A DNA stretch of 64,000 nucleotides from a virus. A program made the translations under genes and the position numbers. A model generated the notes under the pieces. It had not been told where the DNA came from. It was given only the letters and a program-made list of their open reading frames with translations, and did no database searches. Of the stretch, positions 30,206 to 38,048 are shown piece by piece (position 1 is the first letter of the stretch; every line of letters begins with the position of its first letter). Location of the stretch: the IMG/VR virus record IMGVR_UViG_3300012000_000005, positions 31,462 through 95,461 of that record, one strand, 5' to 3'.

Positions 30206-31425
30206 ATAATGAAACTAGATTACTAAGCAAAGTCCTAGAGGACAGGTCCATAACCCTATTGTTTGATAGGGGTGCAAGCGACCAGTGGTTTGTAGACCCA
30301 GAAAATAAAAACATATGGAAGTTAGTTCGTGAGCATTACTTTGCTTATGGAGAGGTTCCAAGCCTTGATGTTATTACCGCTAGTTATCCAAACTATAAAT
30401 TAACTCAGGCACAAGACAGCCTTGAGTATCTCGTAGATGCTGTTATTGATGAGAGACGCAGAGCATCAACTATTAAGATGGTTGATACTGCTATCAAGCA
30501 CATAGAAAAACAAGACCATGAAACAGCGCTTCTTGCAATTCAATCAAGCCTTAGCCAACTTGAGGCTGACGGTCTTAGTGGCACTAGCGATTTAGATTTA
30601 ACAGTCGATGCACAAAAACGCTATGACGAATACGAATACCGAAAGAACAACCCAGGTCTATTAGGTGTTGCAACTGGTTTTAATACTATGGACCAGGCAA
30701 CAGGCGGATTACAGAACGGTCAGTTGATTGTTATCGTGGCTCCTCCAAAGACTGGTAAGTCAACTCTTGCGTTGCAGATTGCACAGAACGTTCATATGAA
30801 AGACAAGAGAGTTATGTTCCAGTCATTTGAGATGAGCAACCACGAGCAGCTGACTCGTTACGATGCAATGAGAGCAAGGGTTTCACACAGTCGTCTTATT
30901 AACGGTTTACTTACACCAGAAGAAGAAGGACGTTACAAAGCAAAGCTTGCAAGCATTGAGAAGATGAGAGAAAAGTTTTGGTTAGTTGACTCAGCAGCGG
31001 GCATGACTGTCACTGGCATCTCCAGCAAGATACAGGTGTTGCATCCAGACGTTGTATTTATTGACGGTACATACTTGATGATTGACGAGCAGACTGGAGA
31101 GGCAAATACTCCGCAGGCTATTACCAACATTACTCGTAGCTTGAAACGCATGGCACAAAGGTTTAAGGTACCCATTGTTATTTCCACTCAGGCATTGAAG
31201 TGGAAGATGAAAAAGGGACAAGTAACTGCAGACTCAATTGGTTACTCCTCTTCTTTTCATCAAGATGCAGACGTAATATTTGGACTACAAAGAGAGGATG
31301 AAGCAGTGGACGACACTCGCGTACTAAAGATTCTAGACAGCCGTAACTCTGGCCGTGGCGAAGTAACACTTATGTGGGACTGGAACAACGGTCAATTCCG
31401 CGAACTAGAAAATGATGACCTATGA
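30202..31425 (+). CDS. dnaB: DnaB-like replicative helicase
   Basis: TGF..MD..TGGLQ.GQLIVIVAPPKTGKS, SFEM, VFIDG, QDAD. Confidence 0.92.
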   Translation: MNNETRLLSKVLEDRSITLLFDRGASDQWFVDPENKNIWKLVREHYFAYGEVPSLDVITASYPNYKLTQAQDSLEYLVDAVIDERRRASTIKMVDTAIKHIEKQDHETALLAIQSSLSQLEADGLSGTSDLDLTVDAQKRYDEYEYRKNNPGLLGVATGFNTMDQATGGLQNGQLIVIVAPPKTGKSTLALQIAQNVHMKDKRVMFQSFEMSNHEQLTRYDAMRARVSHSRLINGLLTPEEEGRYKAKLASIEKMREKFWLVDSAAGMTVTGISSKIQVLHPDVVFIDGTYLMIDEQTGEANTPQAITNITRSLKRMAQRFKVPIVISTQALKWKMKKGQVTADSIGYSSSFHQDADVIFGLQREDEAVDDTRVLKILDSRNSGRGEVTLMWDWNNGQFRELENDDL

Positions 31426-32369
31426 CATTAAACGAGATGCAGGAAACGTTAGAGAGGTTAGGCCTTGAAGTCGTATCCACTAGAGGCTCAGAAATCCAAA
31501 GCTATTGTCCAGCACATGTTGAAAGAACAGGTCACGAGGACAGAAACCCATCGTGGTGGATTAACGCTGATACAGGTGCACATATCTGTTTCTCATGCCA
31601 CTACAAAGGTGGACTGCTGTCATTGGTTTCCTATATTCAAAAGTGGGACTTCGACAAATCTAAAGAGTGGCTTAATGACGGGTCATCTAACCTTGCGGCT
31701 TCTTTACAAAAAGCAATCAAACCAAAAAAAGTATTTGAAGACATTACTTACATAACCGAGTCAATGCTTGCGGCTTTTATTGACCCGCCAGCAGATGCAC
31801 TTGCCTCACGCGGTCTTACATTGGCTGCAGCGCAAGAGTATGAAGTTCTATGGAGTGAAAGACACAGCAATTGGATTACTGTTATTCGTGACCCACACAC
31901 CCATAAGTTATTGGGGTGGCAAGAAAAAGGTCACAAGTCTAGATTCTTTAGAAACCAGCCTGTTGGGGTACCAAAGAGCGCAACGTTATTTGGTTACAAG
32001 CAATACAAAGGTGGGGACATGATTATTGTTGAGTCTCCGCTAGATGTAGTAAGAATGGCATCTGTTGGTATCAAAGGTGGGGTCAGCACTTACGGCTCTA
32101 TGGTATCTATGCAACAGTTCAACCTAATGCGTGGAGCCGATAGGGTTATTTTTGCTATGGACAACGATAAGGCTGGTCAAGACTCGTCAGTAAACTTGTT
32201 GATTCTTGCACAGGAATATGGCACAGACGCTTGGTTCTTTAATTACAGCAACACGGACATGAAGGATGTTGGCGCTATGAGCAAGTCTGAGATAGTCTAT
32301 GGATTAGAGAACGCACGCCATATGGTAAATGGAAAGAAAGCACTAAGAGGAGAACATGCCGTTACGTAG
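31422..32369 (+). CDS. DNA primase (CHC2 zinc finger + TOPRIM)
   Basis: CPAH..D.NPSW..HICFSC; IIVESPLD; FAMDNDKAG; KDVG. Confidence 0.9.
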   Translation: MTLNEMQETLERLGLEVVSTRGSEIQSYCPAHVERTGHEDRNPSWWINADTGAHICFSCHYKGGLLSLVSYIQKWDFDKSKEWLNDGSSNLAASLQKAIKPKKVFEDITYITESMLAAFIDPPADALASRGLTLAAAQEYEVLWSERHSNWITVIRDPHTHKLLGWQEKGHKSRFFRNQPVGVPKSATLFGYKQYKGGDMIIVESPLDVVRMASVGIKGGVSTYGSMVSMQQFNLMRGADRVIFAMDNDKAGQDSSVNLLILAQEYGTDAWFFNYSNTDMKDVGAMSKSEIVYGLENARHMVNGKKALRGEHAVT

Positions 32370-32841
32370 GATAAAGAAAAGACCAGCTTGGATATTTGAT
32401 GTAGATGGAACATTGGCTAACGTAGATTCAATATTAAAGTACATAGTTAACAAAGATGACACTGATGATTTTAAGAAAGATTTTGATAAGTTCCACAGAG
32501 AATCCGTCCATGTTCCACCCCATCCTCATGTGGTGGACATGTTGTGGAACGTTGTTGACAAGGGCGACACTGACATAATCATTGTGACCGCCCGCAGAGA
32601 AGAGTGGCGTGCCCACACCTCATACTGGCTAGAAACAAAAGCAAACGTCCCACACACCGCATTGTTTATGCGTGGCAATAAGGACTACAGACCAGACTAT
32701 GAGGTCAAAAAGGACATACTGGAACACATAAGACTATTCTGGGACGTTAAACATGCTGTTGACGACAACCCAAATGTGATTAGACTTTGGCAAGAAAATG
32801 GCATACCCACTACAAAGATAGGAAACTGGGACGGCAAATGA
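32356..32841 (+). CDS. HAD-family phosphatase (T4 PseT 3'-phosphatase-like)
   Basis: IFDVDGTLA, IVTAR, LFMR..DYRPD..VK, VDDNP. Confidence 0.85.
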   Translation: MPLRRIKKRPAWIFDVDGTLANVDSILKYIVNKDDTDDFKKDFDKFHRESVHVPPHPHVVDMLWNVVDKGDTDIIIVTARREEWRAHTSYWLETKANVPHTALFMRGNKDYRPDYEVKKDILEHIRLFWDVKHAVDDNPNVIRLWQENGIPTTKIGNWDGK

Positions 32842-33380
32842 TTATTGGACTCACTGGTTACGCACAGTCAGGCAAGGACACTCTTGCAAACATCCTTGTT
32901 GAAAAATATGCATTCAAACGCATAGCTTTTGCAGACCCTATACGTGAGTTCTGTTATGCCATGAATCCTGTAGTAGGACATGTAGCTAATGAAGAAACAA
33001 TATTAAGACAGCTAGTAGACCGAGTAGGTTGGGACGAGGCTAAGCAGTACGGCGGGGTACGCCGTCTATTGCAGAACGTGGGCATTGCTGCACGTGAAGT
33101 ATTTGGTGAACAGTTTTGGGTAGCACAGGCTTTAAGAGACGTGCACTTTACAGAGAACGTAGTTATTACAGATGTTAGGTTTCTTAATGAAGCAGATACT
33201 ATTAAGAAATACGATGATGCACAGATATGGAGAATCAAACGTCCTGGGTTTGGCCCAGTAAACGAGCACGTCTCTGAGTCTGAAATGGCAGATTACAAAG
33301 CAGACCAGATTTTTTATAACGCTGGGACCTTAGAAGATTTAAAGGTGCTGGTAGACACTCGTATGAGAGCTTATGTCTAA
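32838..33380 (+). CDS. Deoxynucleoside monophosphate kinase
   Basis: MIIGLTGYAQSGKDT, FADPI, RRLLQ..G, VITDVRF.NE, HVSE. Confidence 0.9.
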   Translation: MIIGLTGYAQSGKDTLANILVEKYAFKRIAFADPIREFCYAMNPVVGHVANEETILRQLVDRVGWDEAKQYGGVRRLLQNVGIAAREVFGEQFWVAQALRDVHFTENVVITDVRFLNEADTIKKYDDAQIWRIKRPGFGPVNEHVSESEMADYKADQIFYNAGTLEDLKVLVDTRMRAYV

Positions 33381-33678
33381 AGACTATAAAAAAAATTATG
33401 AACAGTATCTTTGCAATCACTGTTGGGTGTGGACTGCTAAGTTTTTAGATTGGATAACAGATGACGGCACGGTGTTTAAGGGAACCTATTTATGTATGAC
33501 ATGCGGTCACTGTCAAAAACAAGGAAAAATACTTATGAAGTATGATGAAAAGTTGCATGGTCACATGCCTTCTGGTTCTAGAAAAGGATTTGCTGATGTC
33601 CATGGGCGCGGCCCTTGCCCTTCTAAAGGTCTTAAAATGAAACCCATGCTTGAGGTAGAGTACGCAGATGACTTTTAG
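33373..33678 (+). CDS. Hypothetical Cys-containing protein
   Basis: CxxC pairs; overlaps both neighbours. Confidence 0.5.
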   Translation: MSKDYKKNYEQYLCNHCWVWTAKFLDWITDDGTVFKGTYLCMTCGHCQKQGKILMKYDEKLHGHMPSGSRKGFADVHGRGPCPSKGLKMKPMLEVEYADDF

Positions 33679-35257
33679 TGGCTCCCTTCTTCCTTATCAA
33701 CCAGAGGCCGTTGACAAGATGTGCCTTCGTAAGCGCATGTTGGTTGCCTATGACCTTGGGTTAGGCAAAACAGTTATTACCATAGCTGCAATAGAGCGTC
33801 TGATGGATGAGAACAAAGTAACTGAGCCAGGCCTTATAATTTGCCTGTCTTCCCTAAAATACCAATGGGCTGGACAGATAGAGAAATTTACTAATGGAAC
33901 TTCACGAGCTTTGGTTGTGGATGGAACGCCGAAGAAAAGAGCAGAGCAATATGCTCAAGCCCAAGACTGGCGTAACACAGGCATTGATTACATCATTCTT
34001 AACTACGAGCAGATTGTTAACGACTGGGACTATGTCAAGGAGTTACCAAGAGGATTTGTCGTCCTTGACGAAGCCACAGCAATCAAATCTTTTAAGTCCA
34101 AGCGCTCAAGAGCAGTCAAGAAACTTGTCAACGCCCCGTACCGTTTTGCACTCACAGGTACTCCTATTGAGAATGGCAAGCCAGAAGAGCTGTATAGCAT
34201 TATGCAATTCGTTGACGCCAACGTACTTGGTAGGTTTGATATCTTTGACGCCGCTTTTATCGTAAGAAACTCTTGGGGCGCACCACAGTACTACCGTAAT
34301 TTAAAAACTCTTCACGAAAAGATGAAAGAAGCATCTGTTCGTAAAGCACAGAAAGACGAGGACGTTGCTCCTTATCTTCCAGACACAATTCATAAAGACC
34401 CAATAAAGATATTCTTTGACAGAAAGTCTTCTAAGTTATACAGACGTATAGTTGAAGATTTGTTGTCAGACTTAGATGAAGCTCAAGATTTGTTTGGCAG
34501 CAACTTTAATATTATGGCTCACTACGGTATGGAGTCTAGACGCGGTGGTCCAGAGGACGAGATGCGTGGCAAGATTATGTCTAAGATTGGTGCCCTTAAG
34601 ATGTTGTGCTCTCACCCAGATTTGTTAAAAGCTAGCGCTGCTAAGTTTAGAATGATGGGAGGCGAGGGTTCAGCATACATAGCTGAGCTTGTCGATAACG
34701 GCTCGCTAGATGAGATTAATAGTTCTCCAAAATTAGATTACCTAATTCAATATGTAAAGGACCACCTAGAGCAGGATGACAATAACAAGGTGGTTATCTT
34801 TGCTACCTATGTTGACATGCTTGATAAGATAGTCGCAGCACTCGGCGAAGACATGTGCAGAAAGTACTCAGGTAAACTAGATGCTCGTACTAAAGAACTT
34901 AACAAAACTGACTTCAATACTAATCCCGCTGTACGCGTACTGGTTAGTTCTGACGCTGGGGGTTACGGTGTGGACCTTCCTGCTGCTAATATGCTTATCA
35001 ATTACGACCTCCCTTGGTCTTCAGGCAGCGCAACGCAAAGGAATGGCCGCATACAAAGAGCGTCATCTACCTGGCCAACAATAGTTATTCAAGACATTAT
35101 CGTTTCTGGTTCCATAGAAGAAAGACAACACGAGGCTTTGCAACAAAAGAGTGCAGTAGCAAATGCGGTAATTGATGGAGAGGGGTTTGACGATAACGGT
35201 AACATGCCGTTAAGCGTTGGAAGTTTAAGACAGTTTTTACAAGCAGCAATTGTCTAG
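33668..35257 (+). CDS. SNF2-family (SF2) helicase
   Basis: DLGLGKT, LDEA, LTGTPIEN, SSDAGGYGVDL, QRNGRIQR. Confidence 0.9.
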   Translation: MTFSGSLLPYQPEAVDKMCLRKRMLVAYDLGLGKTVITIAAIERLMDENKVTEPGLIICLSSLKYQWAGQIEKFTNGTSRALVVDGTPKKRAEQYAQAQDWRNTGIDYIILNYEQIVNDWDYVKELPRGFVVLDEATAIKSFKSKRSRAVKKLVNAPYRFALTGTPIENGKPEELYSIMQFVDANVLGRFDIFDAAFIVRNSWGAPQYYRNLKTLHEKMKEASVRKAQKDEDVAPYLPDTIHKDPIKIFFDRKSSKLYRRIVEDLLSDLDEAQDLFGSNFNIMAHYGMESRRGGPEDEMRGKIMSKIGALKMLCSHPDLLKASAAKFRMMGGEGSAYIAELVDNGSLDEINSSPKLDYLIQYVKDHLEQDDNNKVVIFATYVDMLDKIVAALGEDMCRKYSGKLDARTKELNKTDFNTNPAVRVLVSSDAGGYGVDLPAANMLINYDLPWSSGSATQRNGRIQRASSTWPTIVIQDIIVSGSIEERQHEALQQKSAVANAVIDGEGFDDNGNMPLSVGSLRQFLQAAIV

Positions 35258-35323
35258 TAGCTCAGTTGGCAGAGCAGGCGACTGTTAATCGCCAGGTCCC
35301 TGGTTCGAGCCCAGGCTAGACAG
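35251..35323 (+). tRNA. tRNA-Asn(GUU), no encoded CCA
   Basis: Acceptor TGTCTAG/CTAGACA, anticodon arm GGCGA-CTGTTAA-TCGCC, GGTTCGAG T-loop. Confidence 0.92.
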
Positions 35324-35327
35324 CTTC

Positions 35328-35400
35328 GCGGATGTAGCGCAGTTGGTAGCGCGGAACCTTGCCAAGGTTCAGGTCGCGGGTTCGAACCCCGTCATCCGCT
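35328..35400 (+). tRNA. tRNA-Gly(GCC), no encoded CCA
   Basis: Acceptor GCGGATG/CATCCGC, anticodon arm GAACC-TTGCCAA-GGTTC, GGTTCGAA T-loop. Confidence 0.93.
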
Positions 35401-35401
35401 C

Positions 35402-35989
35402 GTGGTTAGACTAAACAGGATATATACCAAGACTGGTGATACAGGCACGGCCGCACTCATGGGCGACGGACGCCATCCCAAAGAAGATATTATCTTTGAT
35501 GCAATTGGCACAGTAGACGAAGCTAACTCTTCTATTGGTGTTGCTATGTGTTATGTAGAAAACGAAGATGTACATAAAGTATTAAAAAATGTACAGAATG
35601 ATTTATTTGATTTAGGCGCTGACCTGGCCTATCCAAAAGCTTCTGTAACTGAAGCACACATTACTTATCTTGAAACCACTATAGATTTTTATAACTCTCA
35701 GTTAAAACCTTTAGAGTCATTTGTTTTACCTTCAGGCACCAAGGCTTCGTCCTACCTACATCTTTCTAGAACAATAGTACGGAGAGCTGAGAGGGATGTA
35801 TGGGATGCCGTAAAACAGCGGGAGACCAACCCCCTCATAGCCAAGTACCTTAATAGGCTTTCAGACCTGCTATTTGTCCTAGCTAGATACATGAATCATG
35901 GGGACGATATACTGTGGGAACCAGCAGTAAAACTATTGGCAGATGGTGTAATTGGCAACACGCCTGGCTCTGAACCAGGAGACGTCTAG
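35402..35989 (+). CDS. pduO: PduO-type ATP:cob(I)alamin adenosyltransferase
   Basis: RIYTKTGD.G, GTVDEANS.IG, QNDLFDLGADLA, FVLP.G, H..RT..RRAER, YLNRLSDLLFVLAR. Confidence 0.93.
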   Translation: MVRLNRIYTKTGDTGTAALMGDGRHPKEDIIFDAIGTVDEANSSIGVAMCYVENEDVHKVLKNVQNDLFDLGADLAYPKASVTEAHITYLETTIDFYNSQLKPLESFVLPSGTKASSYLHLSRTIVRRAERDVWDAVKQRETNPLIAKYLNRLSDLLFVLARYMNHGDDILWEPAVKLLADGVIGNTPGSEPGDV

Positions 35990-36010
35990 GTTCGACCCCT
36001 AGTCTGCCAG
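35937..36010 (+). tRNA. tRNA-Gln(CUG), no encoded CCA
   Basis: Acceptor TGGCAGA/TCTGCCA, anticodon arm CCTGG-CTCTGAA-CCAGG, GGTTCGAC T-loop. Confidence 0.88.
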
Positions 36011-36017
36011 CTTTACA

Positions 36018-36036
36018 CCCAACGATTATCGTTGGG
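36018..36036. promoter_or_regulatory. Perfect 9-bp inverted repeat (operator-like) upstream of the RHH gene's -10 element
   Basis: CCCAACGAT-T-ATCGTTGGG; then TACACT (36041)-N6-ATG. Confidence 0.5.
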
Positions 36037-36052
36037 CGGGTACACTTATAGG

Positions 36053-36199
36053 ATGCCTAACGCACCTAAGACCCCAACGCGTACTATCCGCGTGTCAGAC
36101 CAGCTATGGACCGCTGTCCAGAAGAAAGCTGCAGCTGAGAAGGTTACTGTAACCAGTATTATTATTGAAGCCTTAGAAAACTATATTAAAGAAGACTAA
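36053..36199 (+). CDS. Ribbon-helix-helix (Arc/CopG-like) DNA-binding protein, 48 aa
   Basis: My translation: MPNAPKTPTRTIRVSDQLWTAVQKKAAAEKVTVTSIIIEALENYIKED. Confidence 0.8.
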   Translation: MPNAPKTPTRTIRVSDQLWTAVQKKAAAEKVTVTSIIIEALENYIKED

Positions 36200-36203
36200 T
36201 CAA

Positions 36204-36359
36204 ATGGGAAAACACCACGATAAGGTTGCCGCTGCTTTAAAGTGGCGTCAAGAGACTATGCCTAAGGGCAGTGGCTACAAGAAGCCTGGCTCTATGAACC
36301 CACGCAAGACTGGGTTCCGCAGTTATACAGCAGCAGAGGCTCGTAAAAAGATAGGTTGA
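36204..36359 (+). CDS. Small basic hypothetical protein, 51 aa
   Basis: MGKHHDKVAAALKWRQETMPKGSGYKKPGSMNPRKTGFRSYTAAEARKKIG. Confidence 0.55.
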   Translation: MGKHHDKVAAALKWRQETMPKGSGYKKPGSMNPRKTGFRSYTAAEARKKIG

Positions 36360-36385
36360 CAAATATCCAAACCCTGTAATAGGTT
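36356..36385 (+). promoter_or_regulatory. SigA-type promoter
   Basis: TTGACA-18 nt-TAGGTT upstream of the SSB/PolA operon. Confidence 0.55.
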
Positions 36386-36415
36386 GTGTATGTAAACAAC
36401 AACCAAAGGGGATTT

Positions 36416-36826
36416 ATGGATATCACCTCAGTACGCGGCTACATTAAGCAGTACTCTGCTATTAAAGATGAAGTCGAAACATTAACTAAAAGACAATCAG
36501 AACTAAAGTCTCGTCTTACACAGACGATTGATGAGTATGGTTCAGCCGACGAACGCGGTCACATCGTTCTTTCTGTCCCAACCGATACATCGGAAGAGGA
36601 CGACCTAACAATTATGAAACAACGTCGTGTGTCTAAGAACTTAGACATGGACCTTGCTGAAACTATTTTGACTAAAAAAGGTCTCAAAGATAAATGCATC
36701 AAGATGGTGCCACAGATAGATGAAGCAGCAATCATGGCTGCTTTCTATGAGGGCTATCTCACGGAAGAGGATATTGATACTATGTTTCCTTCAAAGGTTA
36801 CATACGCATTTATTGTAGGGAAATAA
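36416..36826 (+). CDS. Hypothetical protein (coiled N-terminus)
   Basis: Start placed at ATG 36416, after RBS AAAGGGG. Confidence 0.65.
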   Translation: MDITSVRGYIKQYSAIKDEVETLTKRQSELKSRLTQTIDEYGSADERGHIVLSVPTDTSEEDDLTIMKQRRVSKNLDMDLAETILTKKGLKDKCIKMVPQIDEAAIMAAFYEGYLTEEDIDTMFPSKVTYAFIVGK

Positions 36827-37299
36827 TGTCAGACCAAATAGATAAAATGTTTTCTGACTTGGATACATACTATCCAGGCAGTAAACGAAAGCGCAGGGAA
36901 CCAAAAGCTCCCAAGGTAGAAGTTGACGATACGTGGGAATCAAAGTCCTACACTAAGACTCTACCTAATGGTAAGGACATGGAGTTCTATACTATTGGCG
37001 CTCTCGCTCAAGCGTTAGGACGACCAGTGATTACTATCCGTCAATGGATAAAGTCAGGTTACCTACCGCCATCACCATACAGACTTCCTACAAAGAAGAA
37101 TGTAAAGGGAGAAGACCACAAGGGTCGCAGACTATATTCTAAGGCCCAGATTGATAGCGTGGTAGAATTGTTTAAGGTCGCTGGCGTTTTGCACGTGAAG
37201 CGAATACAGTGGCCTAATCAGCAATTGACTAACGCAATCGCTGAGGCTTGGAAGAATATCCAAGTCGAAGACTCTAAAACAACTGAAACAAAGGAATAG
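36826..37299 (+). CDS. MerR-like HTH DNA-binding protein
   Basis: YTIGALAQALGRPVITIRQWIKSGYLP...RRLYS. Confidence 0.8.
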   Translation: MSDQIDKMFSDLDTYYPGSKRKRREPKAPKVEVDDTWESKSYTKTLPNGKDMEFYTIGALAQALGRPVITIRQWIKSGYLPPSPYRLPTKKNVKGEDHKGRRLYSKAQIDSVVELFKVAGVLHVKRIQWPNQQLTNAIAEAWKNIQVEDSKTTETKE

Positions 37300-37306
37300 A
37301 AAAACT

Positions 37307-37969
37307 ATGGCAGTAAACCGCACGGAAGAATATCTTCCACAAAACGATGAGTTCGACACCGCAACCATCGAAGAACGACCAGTAGCAGCAACTACAAATG
37401 CTGTTCAGTCAGGCTGGGATGCAGCAGAAAAGCTAACCACAGCCACAGGTGACTACCCAACAGAATTTAAATTCGTTGATGGTGAGTTCACAATCGTCAA
37501 GTTCATTGACCAAAATGGTCCATTCGCAATCTACAAGCAGCACTTTCTACAGCAGAAAACTGTTGGTAAGCGTTCGTATGTTTCACTTGGACCTAACGAC
37601 CCACTATGCACAAAGCTAGGTAGCAAGCCAGAAGATAAAAGAGCATTCACTATTGCAGTGGTTACTCCTTCAGGCGTTGTTCGCCAAATGCTTATTGCAA
37701 GCCCACGTTTGTACAAGACATTGTACGCAGCAGAGTTTTCTCCACAAGGACCTCTGACAAAGAACTACTGGGCTATTAGCCGTACAGGCAAAATGCAACA
37801 GACTGTGTATCACCTCAACGCAGTAAAGCCTCGTGACCTCATGGAAGATTGGGGTATTGATGAAAAGACGGCGGAAGAAGGCGTGGCAGCAATCAAGCCA
37901 TTTGACCGCTCTGTAATCAAAGAACACACATGGGCCGAACTAGAAGAGATTGCAAACTCTCTTCTATAA
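37307..37969 (+). CDS. Putative ssDNA-binding protein (gp32-like)
   Basis: Directly upstream of PolA; 'YKQHF...DPLC', 'YWAISRTG...TVY'. Confidence 0.6.
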   Translation: MAVNRTEEYLPQNDEFDTATIEERPVAATTNAVQSGWDAAEKLTTATGDYPTEFKFVDGEFTIVKFIDQNGPFAIYKQHFLQQKTVGKRSYVSLGPNDPLCTKLGSKPEDKRAFTIAVVTPSGVVRQMLIASPRLYKTLYAAEFSPQGPLTKNYWAISRTGKMQQTVYHLNAVKPRDLMEDWGIDEKTAEEGVAAIKPFDRSVIKEHTWAELEEIANSLL

Positions 37970-37979
37970 CCACTAGAGT

Positions 37980-38025
37980 TCTGAGGGCCAGTAAACTTAA
38001 TCCCCTTTCGTCGCTGGCCCTCAGA
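37980..38025 (+). other. Stem-loop between SSB and PolA
   Basis: TCTGAGGGCCAG ... CTGGCCCTCAGA 12-bp stem, about 22-nt loop, no U-tract. Confidence 0.6.
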
Positions 38026-38048
38026 CACCTATCAATCGAGGCAATCAT

